Part shown: one piece after another, positions 32,464-47,400 of the stretch
Layout of the letters: each line of letters begins with the position of its first letter
How positions within the stretch are numbered: the first letter of the stretch is position 1
From: Callorhinchus milii
Taxonomy: Eukaryota
Length of the DNA stretch: 64,000 bases
Direction: 5' to 3'
Assembly (NCBI RefSeq): GCF_018977255.1
Contig: NW_024704742.1
Coordinates: 85,748,001-85,812,000, forward strand
Position numbers and translations under genes: made by a program
Notes under the pieces: model-generated
The model's database searches: none
What the model saw: the letters and a program-made list of their open reading frames with translations, nothing else
What the model was told of the DNA's origin: nothing

Positions 32464-35400
32464 CTAAAAAAGAGAAGAAATACATTTTTTAGGGAATGTG
32501 GGGGAAGGGGAGTTGACATTCTAGAATTTAGCCATGGTTCAGTGCTCTCAGATACTCAAATAGCCTGCGTGAAGGGCATTATTGCAAAAATACAAATATT
32601 TTGTTTTACATGCGAATAGCTCAGAGCAACCCCCACCCCACACACACCTTTCACTGCTAATGTTTGTTCCTAAGGCTGGTGTGTAACAAACAACTGAGAA
32701 GCCTTTATGTGGAGGATCGCAGACACTAAAGCATATTACACATCACTTCACAGCACAGTGTGTCAGGAGTGACAATTCACTTCCTCATTTGGCTCATAAT
32801 TTAGAAATGTAGAAGGATTGAAAAAAGGGGAAAAGATTTTACGAAAGTTAAAAAAAGATGCAAGACTCACCCAACAACAGAAACTTTTGGAAAATATCCT
32901 GAAAAATTAGAATAGAAGAGTCTCAGTGACTTTCAGAATCAACGCTACAATTATAAGAATGTGACTTAAAAGAGACCTCAGAAAAGCAGGCTTTCCAAAT
33001 CATCACAATGTACAATTCCTGCTTTCTGAATTCCAGCCCAGAGTCCCTCTGAGTCGCACTCACCCTCCCTTCACTCAAGGTCTGCCTCAAGACATACCTT
33101 TGTTATGTGGATATTTCGCCTACAAAATATACAGTTACTGCACTTTACAATATTTTCTGTGAAGCTCTTTGAGACGTCTTAACGACGTGATAAGGAAGCT
33201 ATATCCAGAGCTTGGGACATCCTCCCTACGTGAAAGGTGCTCTACAAATGTAATTTTGTATTGTAATTTTTGTATTGCATATGAGTGATTATTATGATTA
33301 GCTCTTTGACTGCGCATTTGGTTATCTTTCCCTTCCTCACCACTTCGGCTCCCACCTCCAGCTCAGGTGCCCAGCCAGAAGCTTTGATACCTTTAGCCAT
33401 TCTCTTGTCGTGAAAGGCGCTTTGAGTAAATGTAAGTTGTGTTATACTGTATTGTATAATTACCTCATTGGTTTCCCCGGGAAACATTTCAAAAGCACTA
33501 TTTGGAACATCGACGTTGATCAACAAAGCATCAAATTCCTTTCCCACTTCGAAATTTCCAATAAGTTTGTCAAGTCCCAAAGCTGCAGAAAGTTTAAAAA
33601 AAACTGAATGAATAGTTTTTATTTGAGGTTGGCTGGTCACTACAGAAGTCGTGTGCATTATGGATGTGCTGGGAGGTTTGGAATTCACAGATATAAATCA
33701 CAGCCACCACAAATCGCTTCAGAGAAAGGAATTTCTCCCGGTGTCCTGGACAACGATACTCCAAGTATAATTGTTCATTCACACCGTGGCTGGTTGTGCA
33801 CTGTGCACAAATTGGCTGCCATGTTCATCCACAAATTATACAGTCGCACCATGTTACAGTATATCCTGTGAAGCATTTTGAGAAGTCTTGGTGACGTGAT
33901 GAAGCACTATATCAAAGACAAGGGTTCTTATTGTTATTAAAACTCCTACTAGGTCTATCAGGAGGAAAGGAATATGCTTTATCCACAGATCTTATTCATC
34001 ATCATTAACAAACAAGTCTCAAAAGTTCAAATTCCAACACCACGGTTTTAAATTATGTGAGCAACAACAAATTAACAGGAAATAATTAGGTCAAACACAA
34101 GTAAAGGGAGAAATCAAGGCATTTTGGCAGGAAAATCATTTTACCATTATAAGTCTGAGTATATGGAGGACAAAATTAATGATTGCAATCCAAATAACTT
34201 GATGACTATAGGGATAAATTAAATCTGTGGTCGCAGATGCCTCTTAATATTTCTAAGTTACGGGCTGTTTGAGAGTCATCCAATGAGTTAGTCTGCTCTG
34301 TGGATCTCATGCAGCACATTCTGCTAAGCTCAATGCTATTCTGTTCTATCATGTTCATCGCCTGGATAACTCTAAATGCAATTTTGAAAGTAAAATTTTG
34401 TTTTGAATCTTTAAAGTCACGTTATTGCCATTTTAATAATGTGTTAGAGTTATCAATAATAGTAATTCTTCCATTTGATACAGCACCTTTCACATCAAGT
34501 GCAGTGACTATATTTTGCAGGCAAAACAAGGCAGCTAATTACGCACAAACAGCTGTGTGCAACATTTTGTGTATTTATAAGGTCACAAATGGGCAAAACT
34601 TACTCAAACGGAATAGAATTAACCCGCCAAAAAAAGGGGGCAACAATATTGGACCAATGGAGTATAATATCATCCCAGTAATAGGAAATTAATTCAAAGC
34701 AGTAAACTGTGCATGACATCATTATACGACTGGATTGTGCAAAATGATTAAATATGAAGTGAATGAACTTTATTAAATTCTTCCTACCTTGACTTCCTCC
34801 AAGAGTTGCAATTCTGAAAATCTCTTTGTAGGAAAGTTTTTCATAACCAGGTGATTGGACGCTCAGAATTTTGGTTGTGTCAATGGCTCTTCGAATAGCG
34901 TCAAGCATGGAAGCGGAGTAACCACCAGAGACATCTAGAAACAGTTTAAACCAGTGGTCATCACACATAGGCAAGAAGGGCTGTAAGACCGTGGGGCTAA
35001 GTTGATGATTTAACTGAAAACAATGCAATCAAATCAAAATGTCAAAGCAATAGCGTATAAAAAAGGTACAACCACTGCATGGTCACCTCGGCAACAGCAG
35101 CAACAACAACAAATTGTATTTATATAGTGCCTTGGTCGCTGGACAGAGCAGGATTTGCACCCCAACTAGGGGTGGGAGCCGAGGGGTGTGGGAAAGATGA
35201 CCGAAGAAGCGGACAGAGGAAGGTCTTCTGATGGCCCTTGAAGGAGGCAAGAAAAGGGGCATGTCAGAGGGACTCTGGGATGGAGATGACTCCTTGATGT
35301 GGTGGACCTGCCATTTGTCACAGCTGAAGTCATGCAACTCTTGAGTGTTGAAGGTGTCAGCGGGGCTCAGATAATATCCTAAAGAAAAACATTATACTTT

Positions 35401-38400
35401 ACAGGGAGTAATCCTGTGAATGCTCCAAGATGTGCTCCTGACGTGAAAGGCGCTGTATCAAATGCAGGATTATTGTTACTTTAACACTCTCTCCACTGGT
35501 TCAGAAGGTTGTGGACTCAACTCCTGTGTCAAGGGGCTTTGAGCTCACCATCCAGGCTGATACTGCAGGGCAGTGTGGAAAGCACATTATTATAAGGAAC
35601 TGGAGAAAATCCTGCTTAGGCAACAAGAAAGAACTTACACTTTCAAAGCATCTCATAAAACAAAATGTCTCTGAGCACTTTACAGCAATTATTGTAAAGT
35701 TCTATGACTTTTTTTCATGCAAAGACTGCAGTCATTTTGCACATTGAGATCTCAGCACATTGAGTGTTGTGCTGAGCGACCAAATAGTCCTGAGGATCGT
35801 TGGGTGTGGCGACTCTGGGAGAAACTCCCTTCTCTTTTCATGTAGTTTCCTGGATTCATTACTGTCCCCCTGAGGCCAGGCAAACTGCACCTCGGTTTGA
35901 CATCTCCTCTCATGTTAGGGAAGAACAGGAGAAAAAGGGCAGGGTTAATAGTCGAATAAAACACCCCCAACAGGCCCATACTGGAAAGCCTCATTCTCCC
36001 GATCTTTCAGATGTCTTGGAGAAACGCAAGGCGCTATATCAAATATAAGGATTATTATAACTATTATACAATTATTATTATCTACTCACCTGTTCCCAGG
36101 CCAACTTTTACTTGATGCTTCAAAACATTTCGCATATCGAGCAAACCACTGCAAAGTCTGAAAAGTTGTTAAAATAAAAAGACTAAATAATTTGTTAGCA
36201 AAACAGCAACATTGCTGTTTTGAACTGCACTTGAGTTGCACATTCACAGTTATATGGGTCATTTCTTACGGTGTAAAAACCTCACAGTGTGACAAGCCAG
36301 TCAGTACAAAGTTTGCGGGTATGAAATGCTGAAATTACGTCCTGTTCTTATTCCCACCTTCCTGTGCTAAGGTGAGAAGGAATTTCACATTTCAGACACA
36401 GTGCAGCCTCCGTATAATGTTTTGGATCCATAAAATCCCAAACAATATTAGTGAGTCCTGTAGCTTAGTGGTTAGAGAACTTGCCTTGCAGGCTAGAGAA
36501 TGTGGATTCAATTTCCGGCAGAGCATGTTTCCTTACTCCACACACCTATTTACCTAGCAATAAGTAGGAACCCGGTTAATAGTCGATAGTTGGATCATTT
36601 TTCCGGGGGTAATAATTCCTTCAAAAGAAAAATAATAATAATAATTTGGTCACTCAATCCACAACTGTTTGTGGGACACTGCTGTGCGCAATTGGCTGCC
36701 GCGTTTCGTCCCACAAATCATACTGTCAATTCACAACACTCAATGTGCTGAGATCTCAATGTGCAAAATGACTGCAGTCTTTGGCTGAAAAAAAGTCATA
36801 GAACTTGACCATAATTGCTGTAAAGTGCTCAGAGACATTTTGTTTTATGAGATACTTTGAAAGTGTAAGTTCTTTCTGGTTGCCTAAGCAGGATTTTCTC
36901 CAGTTCCTTACATTAATGTGCTTTCTGTGAAGCGCTTTGAGACGTCTCAAAGATGTGATAATATCTATATCAAATGCAAGGATTATTATTTATTATTAGT
37001 GAGACGCATTAGTGGGTTTTATTGCAAATGTAGAACTAAGAAGGAAGTGATGTCCAGGGTGACTTAATGACCTTGAAATCAAGCATTTTAACAACAACTT
37101 GGATTTCTATAGCGCCCTTCACGTAGGGTAATGTCTTGGAGAGCTATACAGGACGGGGTTGGAACAAGGGAGAAGGAGGTGACTATAGGGGCAGTGAAAG
37201 TGGTAGGAAAGTAAATGGATGGCTGTAAATATGCAGTGAACAGCATCCACAGTGCGACTGGGTTCTAAGCAAATTTGTGCTAGAGTGAAGTGCGTTATAT
37301 TGAGGCCGCACTATATAATGTTTATCAGCATTGTATTGTATTGTACATTGCATTGTATTGTAGCCACTGACACTCACGAGATGTTTGAATTTGGACAGTG
37401 CGAGATGGCAGCTCCTTCCCTATGGAAGACTTTCAGCTCCTCATCGGAGAGATACACTCCGTGCGCCATGACTGTCTGTAAAAACATAAAGATTGGACAT
37501 AACAAGCTGGTAAGATCTGAGCATGTGTATACAGTATTGGACCATCATTCACAATGTTACATCTTAAGCTGGGGATTTAGGCATTTATTCCCCATTAAAC
37601 AAATTTTCCCCCGTAATTAACAAGACCATCTTGTAATCACAGGAAGGGTATAAGATGGCTCGTGTGATGAAAGAAGCCACACAGCAATCTGGTCATCAGT
37701 CTGAAGATCTTATAACCTTGGAGAAGGATACTTTTGTGGAGTTCTGTCGCTCAGTGGTTAGAGCTCTCGCCTCACAAGCGAGAGACCTGGGTTCAATTCC
37801 AGGCAAGGCGAAACCTTGGGCAAGTTTCCTTATTCCACACACCTAATAATAATCCCTCAAGAAAAAAAAACAATAATAATTTGATCACTTCAATCCATGA
37901 CTGCTTGTGGGACACTGCTGTGCACAATTGGCTGCTGCGTTTCGCCCACAAAAATGTAGTCAATTCACTTTACAGTATATTCTGTGAAGCACTTTGAGAC
38001 ATCTAGAAGACATGCAAAGCGCTATTTCATATTCAAGGATTATTATTATTATTATAACACCTGAAATACTTAATGATTGGTAACAATATATTTCACTAAG
38101 ATTTTATAATTAACTGAGAATTCCCATCACAAGCAAGGGAATTCCCATTACAAGGCTGAAAATCAGAACCAAGATAGTTACAACTGAGGTTACGAAGCAT
38201 TTCTTCACATAGGCGACAATGTGGAACATTCTGCCCCAGGATCTGTCGAAGCAGAATACAGATCTTTAAAAGAGAGCTAGACAGTTACTTCAATAGTTGA
38301 GATATTACAACAAAAGAAAGGGACATGGGGAGCATTAGAGCTGCCAAGATTTAATAAACTGGTGGAACAAGCTCAATGAACTGAATGGACTCCAACTGTT

Positions 38401-41400
38401 CCTGTTTTCTAATAACAATAATCCTTACATTTGATATAAAGCCTTATCACCTCGTTGAGATGTCTCAAAGAGCTTCACAGAATATTGTGTATTTCAAGCT
38501 CCTACACAGCATCCCAATCATAAACACAAGGAGATGGAATCAGTGTTATACCAGTGTGTGACTTCCATTTACCACACTCACCCGCCCTTGTGACCTCCCT
38601 CCCTACACCTTTCGAGACCGCAGCTGAAATGAGTCATTTAAATAAGAATTAAATTGAAACAACAAGAAATCTTTTTCAAAGGATAATCCAAGGAAGAAAA
38701 AAGTGTGTCTCACTGAGTACTGACCTTATCAGTCAGGAGATTGTGCTGGTAGTAAACATCGGTGTAATTTTCATACTTTTCAAACAGCCTTTTCGTAATT
38801 TCCAACTCTGGACGTGTCTCACTTATGTGGCTCTGTTTGACCAAGATAATGTTTATTCTGTATTTTAATGATGAGATTCTTTCTTAGTGTCCAACAATTT
38901 AATGTTTCAACGTATATATAGTAAAATAGTATGCAACATTCCCTTCAGACACCTAATTTTAAAGAAAATAATTAAAAGAAAAACATTTCTACAGTCATAA
39001 GAATCCTCACATTTAATGTAATCTTCCACATCAGGAGAATGTCTCCTAGCTCTTCACAAGATTTACTTTAAAGTGTAGCGACACTTTATTTTTGCAGGCA
39101 AACATGGCAACCAATTTGGTTTCTCTGCCAGCTCCCGCATAGTCTTGTGCCGTGTTCCTCAGGGTTCTGTCCTCGATCCCCTCCTCTTCAACCTGTACAG
39201 GCTCCCACTTGGTGACATCATCCGCAGACATGGGATCAACTTCCACATGTACGCAGATGACACCCAAATCTTTCTCTCTGCCTCCACCGTCGACCAGGAC
39301 AACTGACGTCCTGACAGACTGAGGCCCTCCTGATTGGCTCGCTCAAGAGCCTCCGCACCTCAGGCACTGGCAGCATCAGCATTCACGATGCACACTCCAC
39401 CTCACCAAGCCAGTCAGGAACCTGGGAGTCTTGTTTGACCCTCAACTGCCTTTTCTTCCCCATATCCATGCCATGATCCACTGCCTTCCACCACCTCCAC
39501 AACATTGCCCGACTCTGCCACTCTCCTCAGGCTGCCAAAACCCTCACACATGCATTCGTCACCTCAAGGCTCGACTAAAGAAACTCCCTCCTTGTCAACT
39601 TCCCCAACTCTTCCCTCCACAAGCTGCAGATCATCCACAGCTCTACAGTTGGTGTCCTCTCCCGCACCAGGCTCCGTGACCCCATCACCCCCACCCTCAC
39701 CCGGCTCCACGCTGATTCATAAGAAGCGCAATGGGAGGTTTTACTGCACACAGCCAGTCAAGTTGCTTCCAGCATGTGACCCGTTCCAGCTTCAAACTAA
39801 GCACAACGCAAAATAAGCAACAACAACAAACTGCTTTCATGTTGGGAGTACATCCCAAGGCACTGGACAGTTAATGATTTACACCCGAAGTGGGGGTTGG
39901 AAGATGACCGAAGGCACAGTCAAAGAGGAAAGTCTTGAGACGGGCCTTGAAGGAGGCAAGGGAGGGAGGCGGAGGGGTCCAGGGGGGAGTTCCAGAGGGT
40001 GGGGGCAAGAAAGCTGAAGGCCTGACCGCCGATGGTGGGAAGGGCACGGGACATGGAGCAGGCCAGTTTGGTAAAGTAAGCAGGAAAAAGCAGACAGTGC
40101 GGGAGAATTTGAAAGGGTTTTAGCGTACAGAATAAGTAGGTGACCGAAGTTTGCTCTGTCGTTAACATGTACCTGAATATGCAAGTTGTTGTGCTTCGCA
40201 AATAATCCCAACTGCTTCAATAATTCAGACGAGCAGGAAGCCGCAAAGCGAGGAGTCACAATGGGCTTCACCCTCGGGTACTGAAAATACAAAGCAATAC
40301 CATTACAGCAAATGAGCAGATGTAACCTTACCTTTACAGTTATTAATAAATACTGGTACACTTGGGCTGAAATTCTAGTCAGTGTTACACCGAGGGCCTT
40401 TCACGTACCTGATTGGCTGTTTGTGGGACATTGCTGCGAGCAGCTTAGCTGCTGCATTCAATTACGAATACACAGTCGCTACACTTTAGAGTAAATCCTG
40501 TGAACTGCTTTGAGACACCTTCCTGATGTTAAAAACTCTATATCAAGTACAAGGATGATTGTTATTATAATGGGGGAAATCCCATTAGTAACTGGCATTA
40601 CCAAAGGCACAATGCAAAACACCAACTAGAATTTCAGTCCATTGAACTTTAATGTATAAAACCCTCCAGCACACAATGCTTGTTGCTTGGCAAGGTAACC
40701 TTTATGGAAACGTAGTCGAAGACTGGCTATCACACTGGTGTAACACAAATGTCTTTTCACCTCTGAGCCTGGTTCCTTTGTTAGCTGTAAGGATGTGAAG
40801 TGAAATGGGTTTGGCTTATCAGCACAGAAAATCTGATCATCATATTGATTCATGGGGCAGAGGATTTGAATCGCAAAATGTAAAGTAAATCTACAGCAGC
40901 AAAACACCATGTGCATCATATTGACTTGAGGTCACTTTGGAGTCAGGAGCTCACCAATTGTGTAACACACAAGGGCCTCTCCAGAGAAGAGGTTTGTTTG
41001 CGTCACAAGTCGATTTTTCCTGGTGATGAATCACCTAAATCGTACATTTAGTCCCGTTCAAAAGTAAGTTTGATATAACTCATACGTTGCATAAGTTGTA
41101 TTAAATGTATGGTCCCAACTGATATGAATTATGTGAGGTTTACTGTAGCATTTGTTAGCCACCCTCTCGCCCTTTGGCATGAATTCAATCTAAAGCAGAT
41201 TAAGATTGGTGAGCCTGGTTGTAACTACTTTAAGTAGTTTGATCTCAGAGTGCTTGCTTTACCTTCCGCTTGGCCAGCTCTGTGACAAATCTGTGAATGA
41301 CAACATCAGTTCAATGTCAGTTTCCTTATTACAGTGAGGACTGTCTCACAACAGGCATCTTTGTTCATCTGTTAACAATTGCAAAACATGTGAAACATTT

Positions 41401-44400
41401 CTGAAAAAAATCTTAAGAATATTGAATGTACCTTTCAAGACCCCTAAACCCCTTTCTCTCTCCCAATGGAATAAGTAGGATATTGAAGGTTTTTGCTCAC
41501 TGAGTGGGATAAAATCAATATTACCACTTATTAATGAGTACTCTGATTACAAGTGGGGCACAAATTCTAATAACAGTGGATGGATGTTAAATCATTTTGC
41601 TCAACTCTGATCAGAGGCTTCTGGCCAAAGGCTCTGACTTCAGCAACCTCCCTGGTTGCCTGTTCTTGCAAAGCAAGTCAGTGATTAACCTTGGCATTTT
41701 GATTAACCCTTTGTTCTGTTTTAAAATTTAGTCCTTGGCCAAGACCAACTTCTTTTACCTCCAGAAAATTGTCCGCCTAAATCTCTTTCTCTCTCTCTTA
41801 TCCCAATTCAGCTAAAGCCTTTGTTTGTGCTCTTTTCGCTGGCCTCCATAACCACATCCTCATACTAAACCTCAGAGCCCTCATTCTTTCCTGCACCAGG
41901 CTATGTACATCTATTACCCCACTCCCAATCCTTGTGCGATTCCACTGGCCCAGCAAATCAGCCAAGATTTTGCTACTAGTGGCTCAGCAAATCAGCCAAG
42001 ATTCTCATCCTGACCTCCAAATCTTTTGTGAACTTGCCTCTCCCTGTTGGCTGCTCTTAATTTCCTCAAGCCTTATTCTCCCGCTCATGGCTTCCTTTCT
42101 TCTGACTCTGATCAACTGCGTGTTCCTCATTCCCTCCATCTCACCATGGGTGCCTTCAGCCAATATGTACTCGCTCTGTGCAATTCTCTCCCCAAATCAC
42201 TTTGGTTTGCGCCTTTTCTCCTTCCCTTCAAATCCCTCTTAAAAGCATATCACGTTGATGAACAATGAAACTTAGTGTTCCTCTGTTCCTTCTATTCCTC
42301 CCTGCTCAGTGATCCCCATCACCTTTGTGAAGTGCTTGAGGTCATTCATTCATGGAAGGTGCTATGTAGAGTCAATGCTCTTGTTATGACAATTTCTACC
42401 AGATTACAGGCAGTTTTGTATTATCGAGCATTAAACTCTGGAAATTTAAATGAGATTGCCCGAAATGCATCACACGTGAAACCTTCAAGCAGGCGGATAA
42501 CCAAGCCTTTCATCCCATTAGTTTGGACTGGATTCTGTTAACATCAGGCTCCAAAGTGAAAGGACAGCATGGAAATCCAGATAAGTCAGCAGTCCAAAGC
42601 GAATGAATTCCAAGTTTGTAAAAAGATTTTCTTTGAAGACGACTAGACACGATTTCTTTGTGTTTTTAATGACGACAACATTACGTAATTTACTCTCAAT
42701 TCCAAGCAAACATCAACGATGGTTTCTATATAGCAAGCGATTAAGGAAACAAAAACATTGGACTCTGCCCACATTGGGTTCACACCCCCATGATTTATTT
42801 CTTACCTTTGGGTCTCCTCTAAAGAATGGCTCGTCTCTTCTTTATATTTGTGAAAAGTGTCATTAATGTCCATACAAACTTTGCCAACTAAAGCTCGCTG
42901 GCCGTAGTTATCTGAAAATTAAGAACAGCTGTTTATTCACTGCTCCATTGCCAAAGCCTACACTTTTATTGCGGCATCTCCCAGTAATTCCCAAAGTTTC
43001 CAATGGCCTGAAGGTAAATTTGAGGACATTTTTTTCGCTGACAGATGTAAAACATTAGTGAAACAACATTTATATATCAGCAGTTAAAGAAAATTCATGT
43101 TGTATATTTCAACAATTATATCATAAGTCTGTGAAGAATTAGATCCAATTCCTGGGGGAGGGGGTGTGGAGGGATTTAATTATTTACAGACATCACAGGA
43201 TGAAGGGGAAAAGACAAACTCCCATTCCAACCGTGGCTATTCAATGCTGACAGCAGAGTGAAGCATATCAGTGTAGCAGCATATCATTGACATTGAATTG
43301 GGAGCTGTTGTGATCCAGGATGGGAGGTGTGAGTATCTGGACTATCTGTAAAAATGCTTTAAAATGTAAAGCCTGAAATTTCATCTCATCTTGCCTTTAT
43401 GTGCAGGGGCGGACTGGCTATATCATAAAAGTAATCCTTGCCTTTGTTATTATGTCGTTGAGATAACTCAAAGCAATTCACAGAATATATTGTGAAGAAT
43501 ATATTGCGAAGACTGTGTGTTCTGTGGACGAAATGCAGCACCTAATTGCGCACAGCAATGTCCCACAAACAGTTGAGGGTTGAGTGACCGATTTTGTTTT
43601 GGGTGGGGGGTGTTTGGGGGGGAAGGGTTCCACGAATTGATAAGCAACCGGGTTCATATGTACTGCTAAGTAAACAGACGCGTGTATATTGAAGGAGTAA
43701 CTCTTCCAATTCCTTCGCGGCCGTAATCAAAACGTTTCCAAAGAAGAGATCCGGCACACACCACAATGTAGCCTGACTGGTAATGCCCTAGTAACCGCAT
43801 GACTGGTAATGGCCTGGTAACCACATGGCTGATAATGCCCTGGTAACCGCATGACTGGTAGTGCCCTGGTGTCTTAGCGCAGTGTTCTCTGTGATCTCCA
43901 TTCAAATCCTAACCAGACTGGTGCCTCTGATGGCCCAATGGGCTGGCTGGTAAAGACCAGCCGCCCCAACCCACTGGGCATCATTAAACCACGTAGAAGC
44001 TGTCGGCAATCAATTAATTCAGGATGGTCCAACTTTTTGGCTGCTGAGGACTGGATGCCCTATTTGTGAAACACCCCGAGCTGCATAAGCAATATTTTTG
44101 TATTTCCCTTCCAGAAACATAACAAAACATTTACAGGTTATGGAGGGAGCAGGTGGGCCAAATGAAATGGAAGAAGAAATGGGGGGAGGGGGAGGCAGAT
44201 GAACTCGGCCAGCGGGCCAGATAATGTTGGACCACCCTGAATTAATTTTTCACAGATCGGCCAACAGCCAGGAAGCCTCAATTGGCCTCACCTCCCCGGG
44301 TTAAGTGAAAATTAGCTAGGGTTCTAACCCCATTTTCCACTCCTGAAAATCACTATCCATGGACTCCATCTGAAGGGTGGGTGCTTGTGTGTGGATGTTG

Positions 44401-47400
44401 GATTAGGGCATTAACCTCCATCACCCTAGTCCTTGCCAGGCTCCGCCTCACTATAATAAGCAATAAGTTGAAAAGAGGGGAAGTTGAGGATTCTCTGCTG
44501 CGAAATATTTGGATATAATGATGATATTACAGAACTTGCAATGTGCCACTCCTGACTGATATTCAGAGATTGGTATTGGAAAGTGTGTCTGACTAGATTG
44601 GATTTTAAGTCAGGGTTGGATTAGACTCAACTACAATTTCACGCAGTCAGATGGGCTGCTGAGAATCACTAACATGTCCAGAACGCCTAAGGGTTACAGG
44701 AGTTCAAGGAGCTGTACGCCAGTGAGAGTCAGCACACTTGATTTAAGACAGCATTCTCTATTAGCTGTCCTTATATTTCTCTCCATTGTTCTCCAGATTA
44801 ACACTTACAATCCAAAATTACAAAAATTACACTGTTGGGAGGACGTCCCAAGACGCTGATGACACTTATGAGGCAGACAATTGTGGATTCAAACCCTTCA
44901 TCAAGACTCTGAGATCACAGTTTAGGTCGACACATCAATGCAGCGCTGGGGTGAGCACTGACTTGTCAGAGGTACCATCCTTCGGATGAGACATAAAACC
45001 GAGGCCCTGTCTGGCCTTTCAGGTGTATGATCCCATGGCAGTATCTGAAAAAGAGAGGTGTTTCTCCCACGGTACTGGCCAACAGCCCTGACATAAAATT
45101 GGACATTTACTTTATAGCTATTGGTGAAACATTTGGTGTGTGCAAACTAGCTGCCGTGTTTTTCTATAATTACAAAGACACTACACTATAGTAAATCCAG
45201 TGAAGTATTTCGAGACATATTGACGACTTGATTAAATGCGAAGGTTATTATTTACAATAAACATATTGCACTGTAATTAAAATAACTGATAATTGTGGGT
45301 TAAGCTTCTTACCTACAATGTCGCAAAGCTTCAAGGACGCATCTGTATGGATGGTTGCAAAATAGCATGCTGTGGTTGTTCCATTTTTCAGTGTTCTTTC
45401 CTGCCGAGCAATGAGCTTGTCAATTGCGAAATACAGTGGAGTCTCCGTAACTTGGTGTTTAATATCTATAACAAGGCAATTGTCAATCCTCTACCTTACT
45501 AAAGTGGGTATTCTTCACAACTAATATTGAGACCTGTAGTATATGGGTAGAGCACTTGCCACGCAAGCGAGAGGACACAAGTTTGATTCCTGGGCAGGGC
45601 AAAATGTTAGGCAAGTTTTCTTACTCCACTGTTTATCTAGCAGAAAAGTAGGAACCCAGTTATTATTCAATTGGTGTATTGCTTTCTGGGCATAATAATC
45701 CCTTCAAAAAAAAAATTTGGTTACTCAATCTGTGACTCTTTATGGAACTGCCATATTACACCCACAAAATATACAGTCAATAATATTTTCTAAAACATAG
45801 GTACCAACATGCACTTGTTAAATACATATTTGCTCTTGTTGCCAGGAGACCAAATAATACCTCACTCATTATAGGAAAAAAAACATGAGCTAACAATTCT
45901 TTACTTTCACCCTCCAAGAACAAGGTACACAAATTGATAATCCTCTTTGAACATTCGGTGCTTTTACAGTCATCTTGTTAAGAGTGGTAAGTTAATGATT
46001 CATGAGATTTTATTAAAACGGGGTCAATGTACGTGCTGGTTCAGGAAATCTTGGAAAGGTTGACAAACAAAATATATCTGTGTTATTTCAAATCACCAGT
46101 TTATCTCATAGTTATCTCAACCCTGTGACTGTAATATTAGAAGATGCACCATAGAACTGAGTGGTTTAATATAAAGTTTTGAAAGGCCAATTGACGTAGT
46201 AGTTTATTCTCTCATCATCCTGTGACTGTCCACTTTCTTGCTGATTTGTCACATGGCAGCATTCACCGTTGAGCTCTTTATTACAGCTTGTAGGCAGTAA
46301 TCTTCTTCAACGTATCCCTCACCAAAGAAAAACACAATAGAGCCCGGAAAGAGAAAGGGTCATTTAGTCGATCAACAAAGCTCCTTTCACAGGAGATCAA
46401 AAATTGCCAATGATCCTACAACAACAAAATTACATTTGCAGAGCGCCTTTCACATCAGGAGGATGTCCCAAAGCTCCTAACTTTGATCGAACAGTTGTCA
46501 CTGGCCCTGACGCCTCATTAGCAATCCTATTTTTGGAGTGCTGCTAATTTACACTCGGACTGAAGCAACACACTTCAATTTTTTTAAGGGATTATTACCT
46601 CCAGAAAGCAATACGCTAATTGAACAATAACGAGAGTTGTTGATTCACAGGAACTCTGGTAATGAGGAACTGAAACTGAAATAATACAGTATTAATATAT
46701 TTATCATATGATTTTGAGTTTCATCCTTTCCTAGGTTGCCAAAATCACATGAGTGACAAGCAAGAAGCCCACATGTCCTGGAACAAAGTCATGAGTGGCC
46801 TAACGTTTTGCCCACAAAATACTAAGTCAATCCACTTTCTAATATACCCTGTGAAATGCTTTGAGATGTCTTAATAACGTGATAAGGCTCTATATCAAAT
46901 GCTAGGATTATTATTATTATAAACAAATGCCTTTACTTATTTGGAGGCACATAGTGTTTGTTCCAAGCTTTGAAAACTTTTAACAATGATTGTAAAACAA
47001 AACAATGCAATTACATGATCTGCTTATTTACTTATGAAAAGCCCTTGGAAAGTTTTTAAATAAAAATGTAAATACATTTTTTAAATTGTTTTCCTTCCTT
47101 GCCCCACCTTTAGTGAGACAAATGCTCAGTCTTCCCAGTCTGAGCTGTAATGTATAATAATGACACCACATGAGGAAAGACGTATTAATTTACAAGAACC
47201 TCAATTAACATTACAGTAAAGAAGGCTCATGGTCTGTGCCCAGCTGGCTCTTTGAAAGAGTAATCTAGGTAAGTCCCATTAACCTGCTTTTTCCCCATAC
47301 TCCTGACAACTAATTTGTTTTAGATATCTATCTGTGTGTATGTATGTATATATCTGCTTCTCTTACTGTCTGTTAGAGAGGCAGATATATACATTAATCC

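Noticed and set aside
35511..36950. Pair of near-identical small ORFs (…[10 protein letters not shown]…DCSHFAH) on opposite strands as duplicated genes
   Set aside because: They are a by-product of the 194-bp inverted duplication, with non-ATG starts, an intronic location and no recognisable homology.
43774..43870. CRISPR-like repeat array
   Set aside because: Head-to-tail 26-mers with no unique spacers in a vertebrate intron, and no cas genes.
43868..43920. 5S rRNA-like segment on the - strand (GTCTGGTTAGGATTTGAATGGAGATC)
   Set aside because: Only ~27 nt of loose similarity; at most a decayed 5S-derived repeat, not an rRNA gene.
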